Positions 49,500 through 59,478 of a DNA stretch of 64,000 nt are shown one piece after another. Source of the DNA: an uncultured Acidobacteriota bacterium (GTDB taxonomy: Bacteria > Acidobacteriota > UBA6911); contig CAWHCF010000052.1 in NCBI GenBank assembly GCA_963827655.1, positions 96,001 through 160,000 of the forward strand. The letters are read 5' to 3'. Every line of letters begins with the position of its first letter. The stretch's first letter is position 1. Under the pieces are notes generated by a model. The model was not told the DNA's origin. It ran no database searches and worked only from the letters and a program-made list of their open reading frames with translations. The position numbers were made by a program, and so were the translations under genes.

Positions 49500-51149
49500 A
49501 TGAAATACATCTTTGTAACCGGGGGCGTCCTCTCATCGCTGGGAAAAGGGCTGGCCAGCGCGTCTATCGGCAGCCTGCTTGAAGCCCGGGGGATCAAGAT
49601 CAACTTTTTGAAGCTCGATCCTTACATCAACGTGGATCCCGGGACCATGAGCCCGTTCCAGCACGGCGAGGTGTTCGTCACCGATGACGGAGCCGAAACC
49701 GACCTCGATCTCGGCCACTACGAACGCTTCACCAACGTTCGCCTTACCCGAGACAACAACTCAACCACCGGCAAGATCTACCAGACGGTCATCGAAAAAG
49801 AGCGCAAGGGAGAGTACCTGGGCAAGACAGTTCAGGTGATTCCTCATATTACTAATGAGATCAAGAGCACAATTCGCAAGGTGGCGTCGGATGTCGACGT
49901 GGCGATCGTAGAAATCGGCGGGACGGTAGGCGATATCGAGAGTCTCCCTTTTCTCGAATCTATCCGCCAGATGCGCAATGAAGTTGGACGAGAGAGTTCC
50001 ATCTTCGTTCATTTGACCCTGGTGCCGTTCATCCCCACTTCACGCGAGCTGAAGACAAAACCTACTCAGCACAGCGTTAAAGAGCTTCGAGAGATCGGTA
50101 TTCAGCCCGACATCATTCTTTGCCGGACCGACCGGCTTCTCCCGCGTGACATCAAGGCCAAGATAGCACTCTTCTGCAACGTCTCTGAAAAAGAGGTCAT
50201 AACGGCCCTGGATGTCCAGAACATCTATCAAGTCCCTCTGGTGCTTCACAGCGAAGGTCTGGACAATGCCATCGTCCAACGTTTAGGCCTTCAGGTTTCT
50301 GAACCCGACCTGAGCCGCTGGGAGAATCTGCTGCATCTGGATCGAAATCCGAAGGACACGGTGCGGATCGGGATCGTGGGTAAATATGTCGAGTACGAGG
50401 ACTCGTATAAGAGTCTCAACGAGGCCCTCGATCACGGAGGGTTGGCCAATCAGGTCCGGGTCCAGATCAAGTGGATTGAATCTGAGAGCCTGATGGATGA
50501 AACGCTCGATGAGCAGCTGGCGGGCTACCACGCGATTCTGGTTCCTGGAGGATTCGGCAAGCGGGGAATCGACGGCATGCTGCGCGCCATCCGGTACGTT
50601 CGCACCCGTAAGATCCCATATTTCGGCATTTGCCTGGGGATGGAATGCGCCGTGATCGAGTTCGCGCGCAGCGTCTGCGGTCTGCAGGCGGACAGCTCGG
50701 AGTTTGATCCTTCGGCGCCTCATCGAGTTTTCTACATGTTGCGCGAACTCCTCGGTTCGGACATCATGGGCGGCAATATGCGGCTGGGTGCGTTCCCCTG
50801 CGTGCTGGAAGAGGGATCCCTGGCGCGCGAAATCTACCAGAAAAGAGAGATCTCGGAGCGCCATCGCCATCGCTACGAATTCAATCGGGAGTACGAAAAG
50901 ATTCTAGCCAGTTATGGAATGCGGTTCAGCGGAAATTCTCCCGACCGCAACTTCGTCGAGATGATCGAACTTCCGGAACACCCGTGGTTCCTGGGATGCC
51001 AGTTTCACCCGGAGTTCAAGTCCAAGCCCTTTCAACCTCATCCTTTGTTTGCCGGTTTCGTGAAGGCCGCCTACCAGCGAAAACTTCAGGTCGACCAGGT
51101 GGTGCGCCGTGAGTTTGACGTTCAGACGCGGACGTCGGTTCGCGCCTGA
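49500..51149 (+). CDS. pyrG: CTP synthase
   Basis: [44 protein letters not shown]. Confidence 0.98.
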   Translation: MKYIFVTGGVLSSLGKGLASASIGSLLEARGIKINFLKLDPYINVDPGTMSPFQHGEVFVTDDGAETDLDLGHYERFTNVRLTRDNNSTTGKIYQTVIEKERKGEYLGKTVQVIPHITNEIKSTIRKVASDVDVAIVEIGGTVGDIESLPFLESIRQMRNEVGRESSIFVHLTLVPFIPTSRELKTKPTQHSVKELREIGIQPDIILCRTDRLLPRDIKAKIALFCNVSEKEVITALDVQNIYQVPLVLHSEGLDNAIVQRLGLQVSEPDLSRWENLLHLDRNPKDTVRIGIVGKYVEYEDSYKSLNEALDHGGLANQVRVQIKWIESESLMDETLDEQLAGYHAILVPGGFGKRGIDGMLRAIRYVRTRKIPYFGICLGMECAVIEFARSVCGLQADSSEFDPSAPHRVFYMLRELLGSDIMGGNMRLGAFPCVLEEGSLAREIYQKREISERHRHRYEFNREYEKILASYGMRFSGNSPDRNFVEMIELPEHPWFLGCQFHPEFKSKPFQPHPLFAGFVKAAYQRKLQVDQVVRREFDVQTRTSVRA

Positions 51150-51463
51150 CCTTCTCCCATGGCTTCGCCGCGGCAGGAGCCGGCGCCCCAGGCTCTCAAG
51201 TCTGGGTTTTCGGTTCACCCTCTCCAATCGTATTCCTGCTCCGACACTGGCTCTTCCGGATGGTTTCGGGCGACGCGCTGGATACCACTGCATAGTAGGC
51301 GGTTCGAAAAGCTCCGGGGGGCTACCGGCTCCTGATGGCGTTGAGACTTGATCGTCACGAGATACATCGCCCGAGAAGGAAGGGTAATGAGAGTTCAGCT
51401 GGATTCGATGATGCCCATGATGCTCGCAACCTTATCAACTCGATTCCACCGACGGAGGAATGC

Positions 51464-52180
51464 ATGGTCGACGATGCGGTCCTTGCGATGAAGAAGGCGG
51501 CGGGCGAGGCCGCCGCGCGGCGCGTCCAGTCCGGAATGCTGGTGGGGCTGGGCACCGGGTCCACCGCGATCCACGCGATCCACTGTCTCGGCCAGCGGCT
51601 GCGCGATCGTGAGCTGCGCGAGATCCGCGGCATTCCGACGTCGTTTCAGTCGAGCGTGCTCGCGCGCGAGCTTCGTATCCCGCTCGCGTCGCTCGACGAG
51701 GTCGACAGGATCGACGTCGCTATTGACGGCGCCGACGAGGTCGCTCCCGACCTCACCCTGATCAAGGGCGGCGGCGCCGCTCACACGCGCGAGAAGATCG
51801 TCGACTCCCTCGCTGACGAGTTCATCGTCGTGGTCGACGAGACCAAGCTCGTCGACAAGCTCGGCTCCAAGTCCCCGGTCCCGGTCGAGGTCGTGCCGTT
51901 TGGGCTCGTGCCGGTCCTGCATGCGCTCGAGCGCCTCGGCGGCGTGCCAGAGCTGCGCATGGGGGTGCGCAAGGCCGGTCCGGTCGTGACCGATCAGGGC
52001 AACTTCGTCGTCGATGTGAAGTTCGACTCGATTCCCGATCCGGCGGGGCTCGAGCGCACAATCAACAACATCCCGGGGGTGCTGGAGAACGGACTGTTCG
52101 TGGGCGTCGCGCACCGCGTGCTGTTCGGCGCGCTGGAAAACGGCAAGCCGGTCGTGCGCGAACGCGTCCGCAGCCAATAG
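51464..52180 (+). CDS. rpiA: Ribose-5-phosphate isomerase A
   Basis: [31 protein letters not shown]. Confidence 0.96.
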   Translation: MVDDAVLAMKKAAGEAAARRVQSGMLVGLGTGSTAIHAIHCLGQRLRDRELREIRGIPTSFQSSVLARELRIPLASLDEVDRIDVAIDGADEVAPDLTLIKGGGAAHTREKIVDSLADEFIVVVDETKLVDKLGSKSPVPVEVVPFGLVPVLHALERLGGVPELRMGVRKAGPVVTDQGNFVVDVKFDSIPDPAGLERTINNIPGVLENGLFVGVAHRVLFGALENGKPVVRERVRSQ

Positions 52181-52192
52181 GCAGCTCGCGCT

Positions 52193-53620
52193 CTATCGTT
52201 TGCTCGCACCCTGCGCAGGTTGTACGCTGGTTTTTCCTCCGCGAAGGGCAATCTGCCCCTGGCGCGTGAAATTGATCGATTCGCCCAGTATGCGCACCGC
52301 TTCCTGCGGCGCATGGAATCCGTTGGAATTCTCTGCCTCGACGAAATCGAGATAGAACTGCGCCTTGCGCTGAAACTGCTGGGCCTCCGCAAGCTCCGTA
52401 TCCGACTTGGCCGCAGCTTTCGCGGCTTTTAGGTCGCTGATCAAATCCATCAATGCGTCCATCGCCAGGTTGCGCAATTTGAAAGTCCGCTCCTGAATCG
52501 CCTCGACTCGCGCCTTCAACTCTTCTTCGGGCCATCTGTGGCAGGTCTGGCACGAACGATTGATATTCAAAAGAGGCGAGCGGACATGATGGTCGCTGAT
52601 TTTGAGGCCGCCTTCCCGCTTGTAAGGCATGTGACAGTCGGCGCAGGCCACGCCCGAACGCGAGTGAATGCCCTGATTCCAGAGCTCGAACTCGGGGTGT
52701 TGAGCCTTGAGCACGGGAGCTCCTGTGTCGGCATGAACCCAGTCGCGGAATTTCTCCTCCTCGTAGTAGGCCAGGATGTCATCTATCTTGAGACCCTTGG
52801 ACCAGGGATAGACCAGCCGTTTTTCAGGACCCCTGAAATAATATTCGACGTGGCATTGACCGCATACGAAGGTGCGCATCTCCTGGCGGGTGGCCTGCTG
52901 GTTGACGTCGTAGTTCTGAACGCCCTGGGAACCCCTCAAGGCGCGAATCCCTTCGATGAATCCCGGACGAGTGACGCGAAGCTGCATGGTCGAGGGGTCG
53001 TGACAGTCGATGCAGGCGATGGGGTGCGAAACCAGCTTGCGCGCTTCGAAATAGGGCATTTGATTCATCCGCTCGAAGCCTTTGATAAGGTCGCCGCCTC
53101 CAAGAGTCTTGTAAGGCACGTAGACCGAAGCGTGGCACTGCACGCAGGCGCCGGGTTGTTTGGCGGCTTGCTGACGCTCGGTGAATGTCTGGTCGTCGAG
53201 CATGTAAGCATGGCCTCGCTCTTCGCGAAAATCTTTGGAGAATGCGTATCCCGCCCACATGATTTTCAGTCGCGGGTCTTCTTCGATCCTTGATTGCGCG
53301 ACCACCGAGCGTGGATCTGCCTTGGTAGGAGTAAGCGGCAGCGCTTCGCTGCCGCCGAATCGCGTTCGCACCTGATCCACGGTACGCCGGTAGTCGTCGT
53401 ACTGGAGTGGAAAATTCTTGCCCCACACCTCCGGATCCTGAGTTTCGTCGGTAAGTTCGACGACGCGATAGAATGGATTTCGGCTCTCCTGTTTTCGCTC
53501 GAATATATTCACGAGCATGGCCGCGCCCCCCAGGGCGGCGACCGCGGCTATGATGGTGGCGGCGAGAACGAAGCGGCGATTTCGTTTTCCTGGGTTCGTC
53601 TCCTGATTCGGTTCAGTCAT
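52193..53620 (-). CDS. nrfA: Ammonia-forming cytochrome c nitrite reductase, CxxCH-type
   Basis: Five heme motifs (CVQCH, CIDCH, CGQCH, CADCH, CQTCH), RGHAY, CHVEYYF, KAQHPEFE, ENSNGFH. Confidence 0.94.
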   Translation of the reverse strand: MTEPNQETNPGKRNRRFVLAATIIAAVAALGGAAMLVNIFERKQESRNPFYRVVELTDETQDPEVWGKNFPLQYDDYRRTVDQVRTRFGGSEALPLTPTKADPRSVVAQSRIEEDPRLKIMWAGYAFSKDFREERGHAYMLDDQTFTERQQAAKQPGACVQCHASVYVPYKTLGGGDLIKGFERMNQMPYFEARKLVSHPIACIDCHDPSTMQLRVTRPGFIEGIRALRGSQGVQNYDVNQQATRQEMRTFVCGQCHVEYYFRGPEKRLVYPWSKGLKIDDILAYYEEEKFRDWVHADTGAPVLKAQHPEFELWNQGIHSRSGVACADCHMPYKREGGLKISDHHVRSPLLNINRSCQTCHRWPEEELKARVEAIQERTFKLRNLAMDALMDLISDLKAAKAAAKSDTELAEAQQFQRKAQFYLDFVEAENSNGFHAPQEAVRILGESINFTRQGQIALRGGKTSVQPAQGASKR

Positions 53621-53651
53621 TGTTTCCTCCCCTGGAGCCTGGCGGTTTGCG

Positions 53652-54110
53652 CTAGTGCAAATGACCGACGGAAAGGTGGCAGCTCACGCACGAAGGCTTT
53701 TCTTCTTCACGGTCTGCGTGCAGGCCTTCAAGCGCGACGACAACCTCCTGGTGGCATTTGCGGCAAGCCTGCTCAGTGATTTCGCGGCTGTGCGGCTTGA
53801 TCTGGATATTGTCTTCGTAGCGGCCCGTCGTGAAATAAAATGAATGCCCGAGTCCGTTGCGGGCCTTCGTCGCGTACTTCCCGAGAAATCCTGCCGGCGT
53901 GTGGCAGTCATTACACACCGCGGCCGCGCGGTGCGACGACTTGAGCCAGCCGTCGTACTGCTCGCGCATCACGTGACAGTTGGCGCAGGCGGCAGCGTTA
54001 TCCGTGAGGTAAGACCAGCCCTGCGCATAGGCGAACGTGTAAGCGCAGATTCCAACCGCAAAGCCGATTGCGGCGCCCAGAACTATGCCTTGAACAGCGC
54101 GCAGCCTCAT
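53652..54110 (-). CDS. nrfH: Tetraheme quinol dehydrogenase NrfH
   Basis: N-terminal TM helix; CANCHVM, CNDCH, CRKCH, CVSCH; ATG 54110 after GGGAGGG. Confidence 0.93.
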   Translation of the reverse strand: MRLRAVQGIVLGAAIGFAVGICAYTFAYAQGWSYLTDNAAACANCHVMREQYDGWLKSSHRAAAVCNDCHTPAGFLGKYATKARNGLGHSFYFTTGRYEDNIQIKPHSREITEQACRKCHQEVVVALEGLHADREEEKPSCVSCHLSVGHLH

Positions 54111-54122
54111 CCGCCCTCCCTT

Positions 54123-54179
54123 AGGGTTCGCGCAGAAATAAGTTTCGCATTCTTCTGCAGGCCCCCAGACTCGCTGGCG
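54123..54179. mobile_element. Truncated MITE (one TIR plus ~35 bp)
   Basis: AGGGTTCGCGCAGAAATAAGTTTCGCATTCTTCTGCAGGCCCCCAG; second TIR absent. Confidence 0.8.
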
Positions 54180-54356
54180 GCGCACATCGGCGCGGAGCGA
54201 GACCCGCGCGTGCGGGCGGATGCGAAATTGCGCGAACAGGTCTTCATTGTTCATCAGGTTGTAGAACGGCGTTCTCGCGTAGATGCGCGGCGTGGGAAGA
54301 ACTTGAAAGAAAGTTGTGTGATCGTTGTCGGCAGGGTTGCCGGTGTCCAATTGCAC
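54180..54356 (-). pseudogene. Internal fragment of an outer-membrane beta-barrel (alginate-export-like) gene
   Basis: GNPADNDHTTFFQVLPTPRIYARTPFYNLMNNEDLFAQ recalled as typical of that family; no start, cut by the MITE. Confidence 0.5.
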
Positions 54357-54468
54357 TGCCGCTTCGCATCCCGTAACAGGATCAGTTCCACCGGGACACC
54401 TGGAGACCGTTTCGGCATTGAGAGAGACTTAAGCCCAACCCAAGCGTCCAAGCCGCCCAGGTGCGTCT

Positions 54469-56088
54469 TCACGTCGTCCCCCCCGGGCCGGTGCGCGCAT
54501 TTTTCGCCTGGTATGCCGCTGCAGCCTGTTCCACGTTGAAGAAGAGGCGCTCGCGACCCAGGGTCTTCCCCAGAGACGACCGCTGGAGGATTCGCAGCGC
54601 TTCTGGGTTGAGCGCGGCCAACCACAATGCAATTCCAGCCTGCCGCAGCTTGGCCTCGGCATCGGTCAGCATCTTGAGCGCAGTGTACTCGATATCCGGA
54701 ATCGCGCTGCAATCCAGCAATACCACGCGCGCCTTTGCCTCGTGAATCAGCGGCCAGAACTTGTCGCCGACCCGCTGCGCGTTGGCGAAATGGATCCGCC
54801 CCTCCGTTCGCACTATCAGCAGTCCGTCGAAAGTCTCATCCTCAGGGTGTTCCACCGACCGCGGGCGGAAGACATTTGTTCCAGGCTTGCGTCCCAGCGT
54901 GTAAACCGGCGGGTGATTGGCCTGGTAAATGACTTGCAGCAGCGACACGATGACAGCCACAACGATGCCTTGCAGCGAACCCAACACTACCACCCCCGCC
55001 AATGCGACCAGTGCCCACCGGAACTCGCCATGTCGAATGGCTCGAATGGCGCGGAACTCCGCCGGACTGATCAATCCGACAGTGGTCGCCACAACCACCG
55101 CGGCCAGCGTTGCCTGCGGCATCAAGCGGATGACCGGCGCGAGGAACAGCATGCCTGCCGCGACCACTGCGACGGTCACCAGTTCTGACATCTGGCTGCG
55201 TGCGCCCGCCCTGCGGTTCACAGCGGTCTGAGACGTTCCACCTCCTGCCGGCATGGCGCGAAAGAATCCTCCCCCGGTATTGGCCAGACCCAGGGCCAGC
55301 AGTTCCCGGTTTGTCTCCGGACGCGGCTCGCCGTGCCGCACAAAAGCGCGCCCCGCGGCCACCGTCTCAGTGAAACTCATCAAGGCGAGGCCAGCCGCGC
55401 CGGGCCACAGCTGTCGCGCCAGCGAGAAGTCAGGCGGAGTGAAAGCTGGAAACCCTGACGGAATCGCACCCACGGTTTCCACTCCGAGTCGCTCCAGTCC
55501 CAGGAGACCTGAAGCCACGATGCCTGCCACTACGGCCAGCAATGGCGCAGGCATTCGGTGAAAGAATTTCTCTATCAGGATCACAATTGCGATCGTGGCG
55601 AAGGCGACTATCAGGGTCGGAATGGATGATGCAGGCAAGTGTTGACCTATGGATAGAAGGTTGGTGAAAAAACCCCCTTTGACGAAATGCACGCCCATCA
55701 TCTTGGGCAGTTGATCGACCACTATGACAAGCCCGATGCCCGCCTTGAAGCCGGTCAGAACCGGCTCGGAAATGAAATTGGCGAGGAAGCCCAGTCTCAA
55801 GATCGAGGCCAGCACCAGGAAGCCGCCGGTGAGCAGCGCCAGGGTGGCTGCCGCAGACATAAGCTGTGGCGCGCTGCCGTCGGGAGCGAGGGTGGCCAGT
55901 TCGGCCCCGGTAAGTAGAGCGAGGGTGGAGGTAGTGCTGACGCTGAGCGGGCGCGACGTGCCCAGCAGGGCGTAGATTGCCATCGGCACGAAGGCGGTGT
56001 AAAGACCCACCTCCACCGGCAACCTGGAGATGGTCGCATAGGCCATCGCTTTCGGAATGACCACCGCCGCAGTCGTCAGACCGGCCAC
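54469..56088 (-). CDS. SulP/SLC26 anion transporter with STAS domain
   Basis: AGLTTAAVVIPKAMAYA..GLY, NRELLALGLAN, STAS LLDCSAIPDIEYT; the true start is probably ATG 56179, one base out of frame. Confidence 0.93.
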   Translation of the reverse strand: MAGLTTAAVVIPKAMAYATISRLPVEVGLYTAFVPMAIYALLGTSRPLSVSTTSTLALLTGAELATLAPDGSAPQLMSAAATLALLTGGFLVLASILRLGFLANFISEPVLTGFKAGIGLVIVVDQLPKMMGVHFVKGGFFTNLLSIGQHLPASSIPTLIVAFATIAIVILIEKFFHRMPAPLLAVVAGIVASGLLGLERLGVETVGAIPSGFPAFTPPDFSLARQLWPGAAGLALMSFTETVAAGRAFVRHGEPRPETNRELLALGLANTGGGFFRAMPAGGGTSQTAVNRRAGARSQMSELVTVAVVAAGMLFLAPVIRLMPQATLAAVVVATTVGLISPAEFRAIRAIRHGEFRWALVALAGVVVLGSLQGIVVAVIVSLLQVIYQANHPPVYTLGRKPGTNVFRPRSVEHPEDETFDGLLIVRTEGRIHFANAQRVGDKFWPLIHEAKARVVLLDCSAIPDIEYTALKMLTDAEAKLRQAGIALWLAALNPEALRILQRSSLGKTLGRERLFFNVEQAAAAYQAKNARTGPGGTT

Positions 56089-56220
56089 AACATCAAAGCG
56101 AAACGATTCCTTTGGATATTGGAAGAGCGAGCCGCGAATGGCGGAAGAAACGAGACCCCGTATTCTGTTTTGGACCCATAAGGTTTTGCAGGCATCACGT
56201 GATGCTGTCCCGCGTGAGAC

Positions 56221-56409
56221 TCACCGCCGCGTCTTCAGCATGCGCCGATCGGCTCCCTCATCCTTGATCAACCTGCCGGAAATATCCAGCGTTACTTTGC
56301 TGATCGTCCTCGTGAAGCGGAGCGGCGCGTGGCAATCTTGGATTTTGGCTTCTCCAAGGTTGTAACCGCAGCTCGATCCTTCGGCGCCGAAGGTCAGCGG
56401 CACAGCCAT
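56221..56409 (-). pseudogene. Degenerate C-terminal remnant of an arylsulfatase-like gene
   Basis: PLTFG.EG.SCGY..APLRFT.TI.KVTLDISG.LIKD resembles the C-terminal tail of large arylsulfatases (recognised from memory). Confidence 0.45.
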
Positions 56410-56726
56410 CTTGAATTCAGGGCGTGGTCAGGTTGGGTGTCGTCCGGCATCGCCGACTGCGTCACGGTGATCAGAGCGGTCGAAGTCACCCTGTAACAAG
56501 TTACAGTTAACAGGAGTGCATTTTCGCAGTCTAATGCGCACAGGCCGTCGGAACTCCAACACAGGCTGAGAGCGGTCTTGCGGCTGACAAATCGATCGCT
56601 TGATGATATTTGCGGCCAAAGAATGTGTATCTAGACTGTGTCGATGTCGACATTTCCCCCTGCGATTGTCGCGAGACTTCTCGTTCTTGACACGAAGAGA
56701 ATCAAGAAAAGTTTCAAGGGGACCCT

Positions 56727-57122
56727 ATGGGCCTGCTCCGGGTGTTGCTGGCTGATGACAATGAGACTGTCCTTCAGTCAGTCCAGCGGCTTTTGGAGGC
56801 TGAATTCGAGATCGTCGGAGTCGTCAAAGATGGGCAGTCTCTGGTGGCAGCGGCTCGCAAGCTCAAGCCGGACGTCATGATTGTCGATGTATTCATGCCG
56901 GGGATGAACGGCATCGAAGCGGCCAGGCAGCTCAAGAAGCGTCATGTGAAAGGTAGCATCATCTTCCTGACGGTCCACCGGGACTTGGCCCTTGCGGACG
57001 AGGCGCGCGCCATAGGTGCGATGGGTTACGTTCTGAAAACGTCGGCAGATCGCGACTTGGTCCCTGCTATTCAAGAGGCACGGGCGGGACGCTTCTTCCT
57101 CTCTTCGGCTTTGAACCTTTGA
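56727..57122 (+). CDS. Single-domain response regulator (NarL-type receiver only)
   Basis: LLADD, VDVFMPGMNG, FLT, GYVLK; no output domain. Confidence 0.88.
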   Translation: MGLLRVLLADDNETVLQSVQRLLEAEFEIVGVVKDGQSLVAAARKLKPDVMIVDVFMPGMNGIEAARQLKKRHVKGSIIFLTVHRDLALADEARAIGAMGYVLKTSADRDLVPAIQEARAGRFFLSSALNL

Positions 57123-57914
57123 GAGGTATCGTGTGTCTCAGGATGCTGCCCGTGATGACCGGAGCTTCTCCGTCGGGTCCGTGCATCTGGTGGCGGAGTT
57201 GGCCGAAGCCCTGCAGGTTTTGTTCTCCAAACTCAGTCCGATCGAGCCCTATCCAAAGAATCAGACGCGATGAAGCCCAATAACGGTTCTCTAATCAGCC
57301 GGGTCAGGCAACATCGTTTTGGTTTGAAATCCAGGTTGTGATCTGTCCGGGGCTTGCGGGCCCAGCGGCGGCCGACTGGGTCGAGTTGCATTAACACCCT
57401 CCTCAGAACCTGAGTTACCCCGGAATTGAGCCGAAAATGACTTTGTTTCTCTGCTATCCTCGTCCTTATTCTTGATCTCCCGGTTGTTCGTCCGTCTTCC
57501 GCCGCTTACCATAAAACACTAATGTCTCTACCAGAAAGATGCAGTTGTCTCCCAGACTTTTTTTAGGTTTTACCGGATCAACGCGATTTACACACCGGGG
57601 GTTACCACTCTATCTTGACGGCATCAAGCGAAGAACGTTGAACTCATCGTGATGGGCGTTCATGGAAGAAGAGAATACCTATCAGAGCAAGTTTCCCGTG
57701 AAAGACACAGACCTGACGGGTTTTCAGGAGTCCCAGTCGTCTCATTCGCTCCCAACGGTTATGGCCCGTACGACTTTTCGGTCAACCCTGGGAGTGAATA
57801 AGGGATTGGTACGCCTGGATTATTACGCGTAGCTCGCAAGAACCATTCCGGCGGACCCGATTCGTCGAGTCGGATTCCGTTCAATAACTCAGATAGCTTG
57901 GTGGGGAGCATGTC

Positions 57915-58793
57915 ATGCAAGTTTTGCAGGATGCATTTCGGCCGAGAAAGAGGAGCAAACCTACCCCGAGGCCCCGCTCCGAAGACCAGGCTCTTTCTAA
58001 CAATGGATTCAGAGCTTTGGAGTCTATTGGGAGAGACTTGGAAGGTGTTATCTGCAAGGTGGCTGCGGAGGGCAACCGTTCCGGAGTGGCCCTTAGACAA
58101 CTGACAGGAAGGCTGCTCCAGGCGCAAGAAGAGGAACGGCGGCGGCTGGCCAGAGAACTCCATGATGGACTGAATCAACAGTTGGCGATGCTGACGGTCG
58201 AGCTGGGAGTTTTGGCTCGCCAGGTTCCCGATAATCAAGCTCGGCTGCGCGACGAGATCCTGAATCTCCGGAGGCGTACGGAAGAACTCTCAAATGACGT
58301 GCGCAGCATGACGCATCATCTTCACCCCGCAACCCTTGAGCATTTGGGACTGGTGTCTGCCCTACGCAGTCACTGCGTTGATTTTAGCCGGCACCAGCAC
58401 GTTCATGTTCGCTTTACCGCACCGGGTGAAGTGGGTCACATGCCCCGTGAGGTGGCGCTCTCGCTTTACCGCGTCGCTCAGGAAGCTCTTCGGAATGTCG
58501 CCAAGCACTCCGGCGCCCGTGAAGCCTGGGTGGAAATAGCAAGGAGGGGTCATAACCTTCGTCTTCTCGTTGTGGACGAGGGATGCGGGTTCGCACCATC
58601 GAAAACCGAGGGAAACGTAGGCTTGGGTTTGATCAGCATAAAGGAACGTGTTCAGTTCGTGCATGGGTCCCTGAGCGTGAAATCGGCACCTGAGCAGGGC
58701 ACGAGAATCGAGGTTCATGTCCCCATTTCATGGAAGGAGTCAGGTAACCAATATGATCGGAAATACCAAGAGACCACGCGTATTGCTGGCTGA
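57915..58793 (+). CDS. HisKA_3 (NarX/UhpB-type) histidine kinase lacking a sensor domain
   Basis: EEERRRLARELHDGLNQ, QEALRNVAKHSGA, DEGCGF, GLGLISIKER. Confidence 0.88.
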   Translation: MQVLQDAFRPRKRSKPTPRPRSEDQALSNNGFRALESIGRDLEGVICKVAAEGNRSGVALRQLTGRLLQAQEEERRRLARELHDGLNQQLAMLTVELGVLARQVPDNQARLRDEILNLRRRTEELSNDVRSMTHHLHPATLEHLGLVSALRSHCVDFSRHQHVHVRFTAPGEVGHMPREVALSLYRVAQEALRNVAKHSGAREAWVEIARRGHNLRLLVVDEGCGFAPSKTEGNVGLGLISIKERVQFVHGSLSVKSAPEQGTRIEVHVPISWKESGNQYDRKYQETTRIAG

Positions 58794-59478
58794 TGACCAC
58801 GCCCTCGTCATCGACGGCCTGCGTCGTTTGCTGGAGCCCGAGTTTGAAGTCGTGGGTACGGCTGCGGATGGACGGGAATTGCTTACGGCTGCGGAACGGC
58901 TTACGCCCGATCTGATCGTGGCGGACATCTCGATGCCATTGCTGAACGGCATCGAGGCTCTCCGCCGCCTCAAGAAGGCGTGCCTGCGAACCAAAGTGAT
59001 TATTCTTTCCATGCATGCTGATGTCGAGTTCGGAGTGGAAGCGCTTCGCAGTGGCGCATCCGGCTACGTGGTGAAGCACTCGGCCTCGGAAGCGCTCAGC
59101 CTGGCAATTCGAGAGGCGCTGGAGGGTCGGATCTATGTCAGTCCTCGCATCTCGGTGGAGGTGCTCTCCAGGTTCACCGGTAACTCTCAGCAGCCCCGCA
59201 AGGCGCCGTTTGCACTCACCCAAAGAGAGCGGGAAGTGCTCCAGTTAGTGGCTGAGGGTCGTACCATCAGCGGCATCAGCAATATTCTCAAAATCGCTTC
59301 CCGAACCGTGGTTTTTCACAAGTCGAATATCATGGATAAACTGGGAGTTCGCACGACAGCCGAGTTGACCCGATCCGCCATCCGCCACGGACTGGTGCCT
59401 GCCCCCAACGATGACGGCACTGCCTGGGTTGGCCCGGTCCACACAGTAAACCCGAACGGCCTAAGCCAGACAGCGTAA
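58753..59478 (+). CDS. NarL/LuxR family response regulator
   Basis: LLADDH, DISMPLLNG, LTQREREVLQLVAEG..HKSNIMDKL. Confidence 0.93.
   Translation: MIGNTKRPRVLLADDHALVIDGLRRLLEPEFEVVGTAADGRELLTAAERLTPDLIVADISMPLLNGIEALRRLKKACLRTKVIILSMHADVEFGVEALRSGASGYVVKHSASEALSLAIREALEGRIYVSPRISVEVLSRFTGNSQQPRKAPFALTQREREVLQLVAEGRTISGISNILKIASRTVVFHKSNIMDKLGVRTTAELTRSAIRHGLVPAPNDDGTAWVGPVHTVNPNGLSQTA

Noticed and set aside
53652-54356. 234-aa NrfH fusion protein
   Set aside because: Chance read-through of a porin fragment and a MITE end; NrfH has its own RBS and ATG at 54110.
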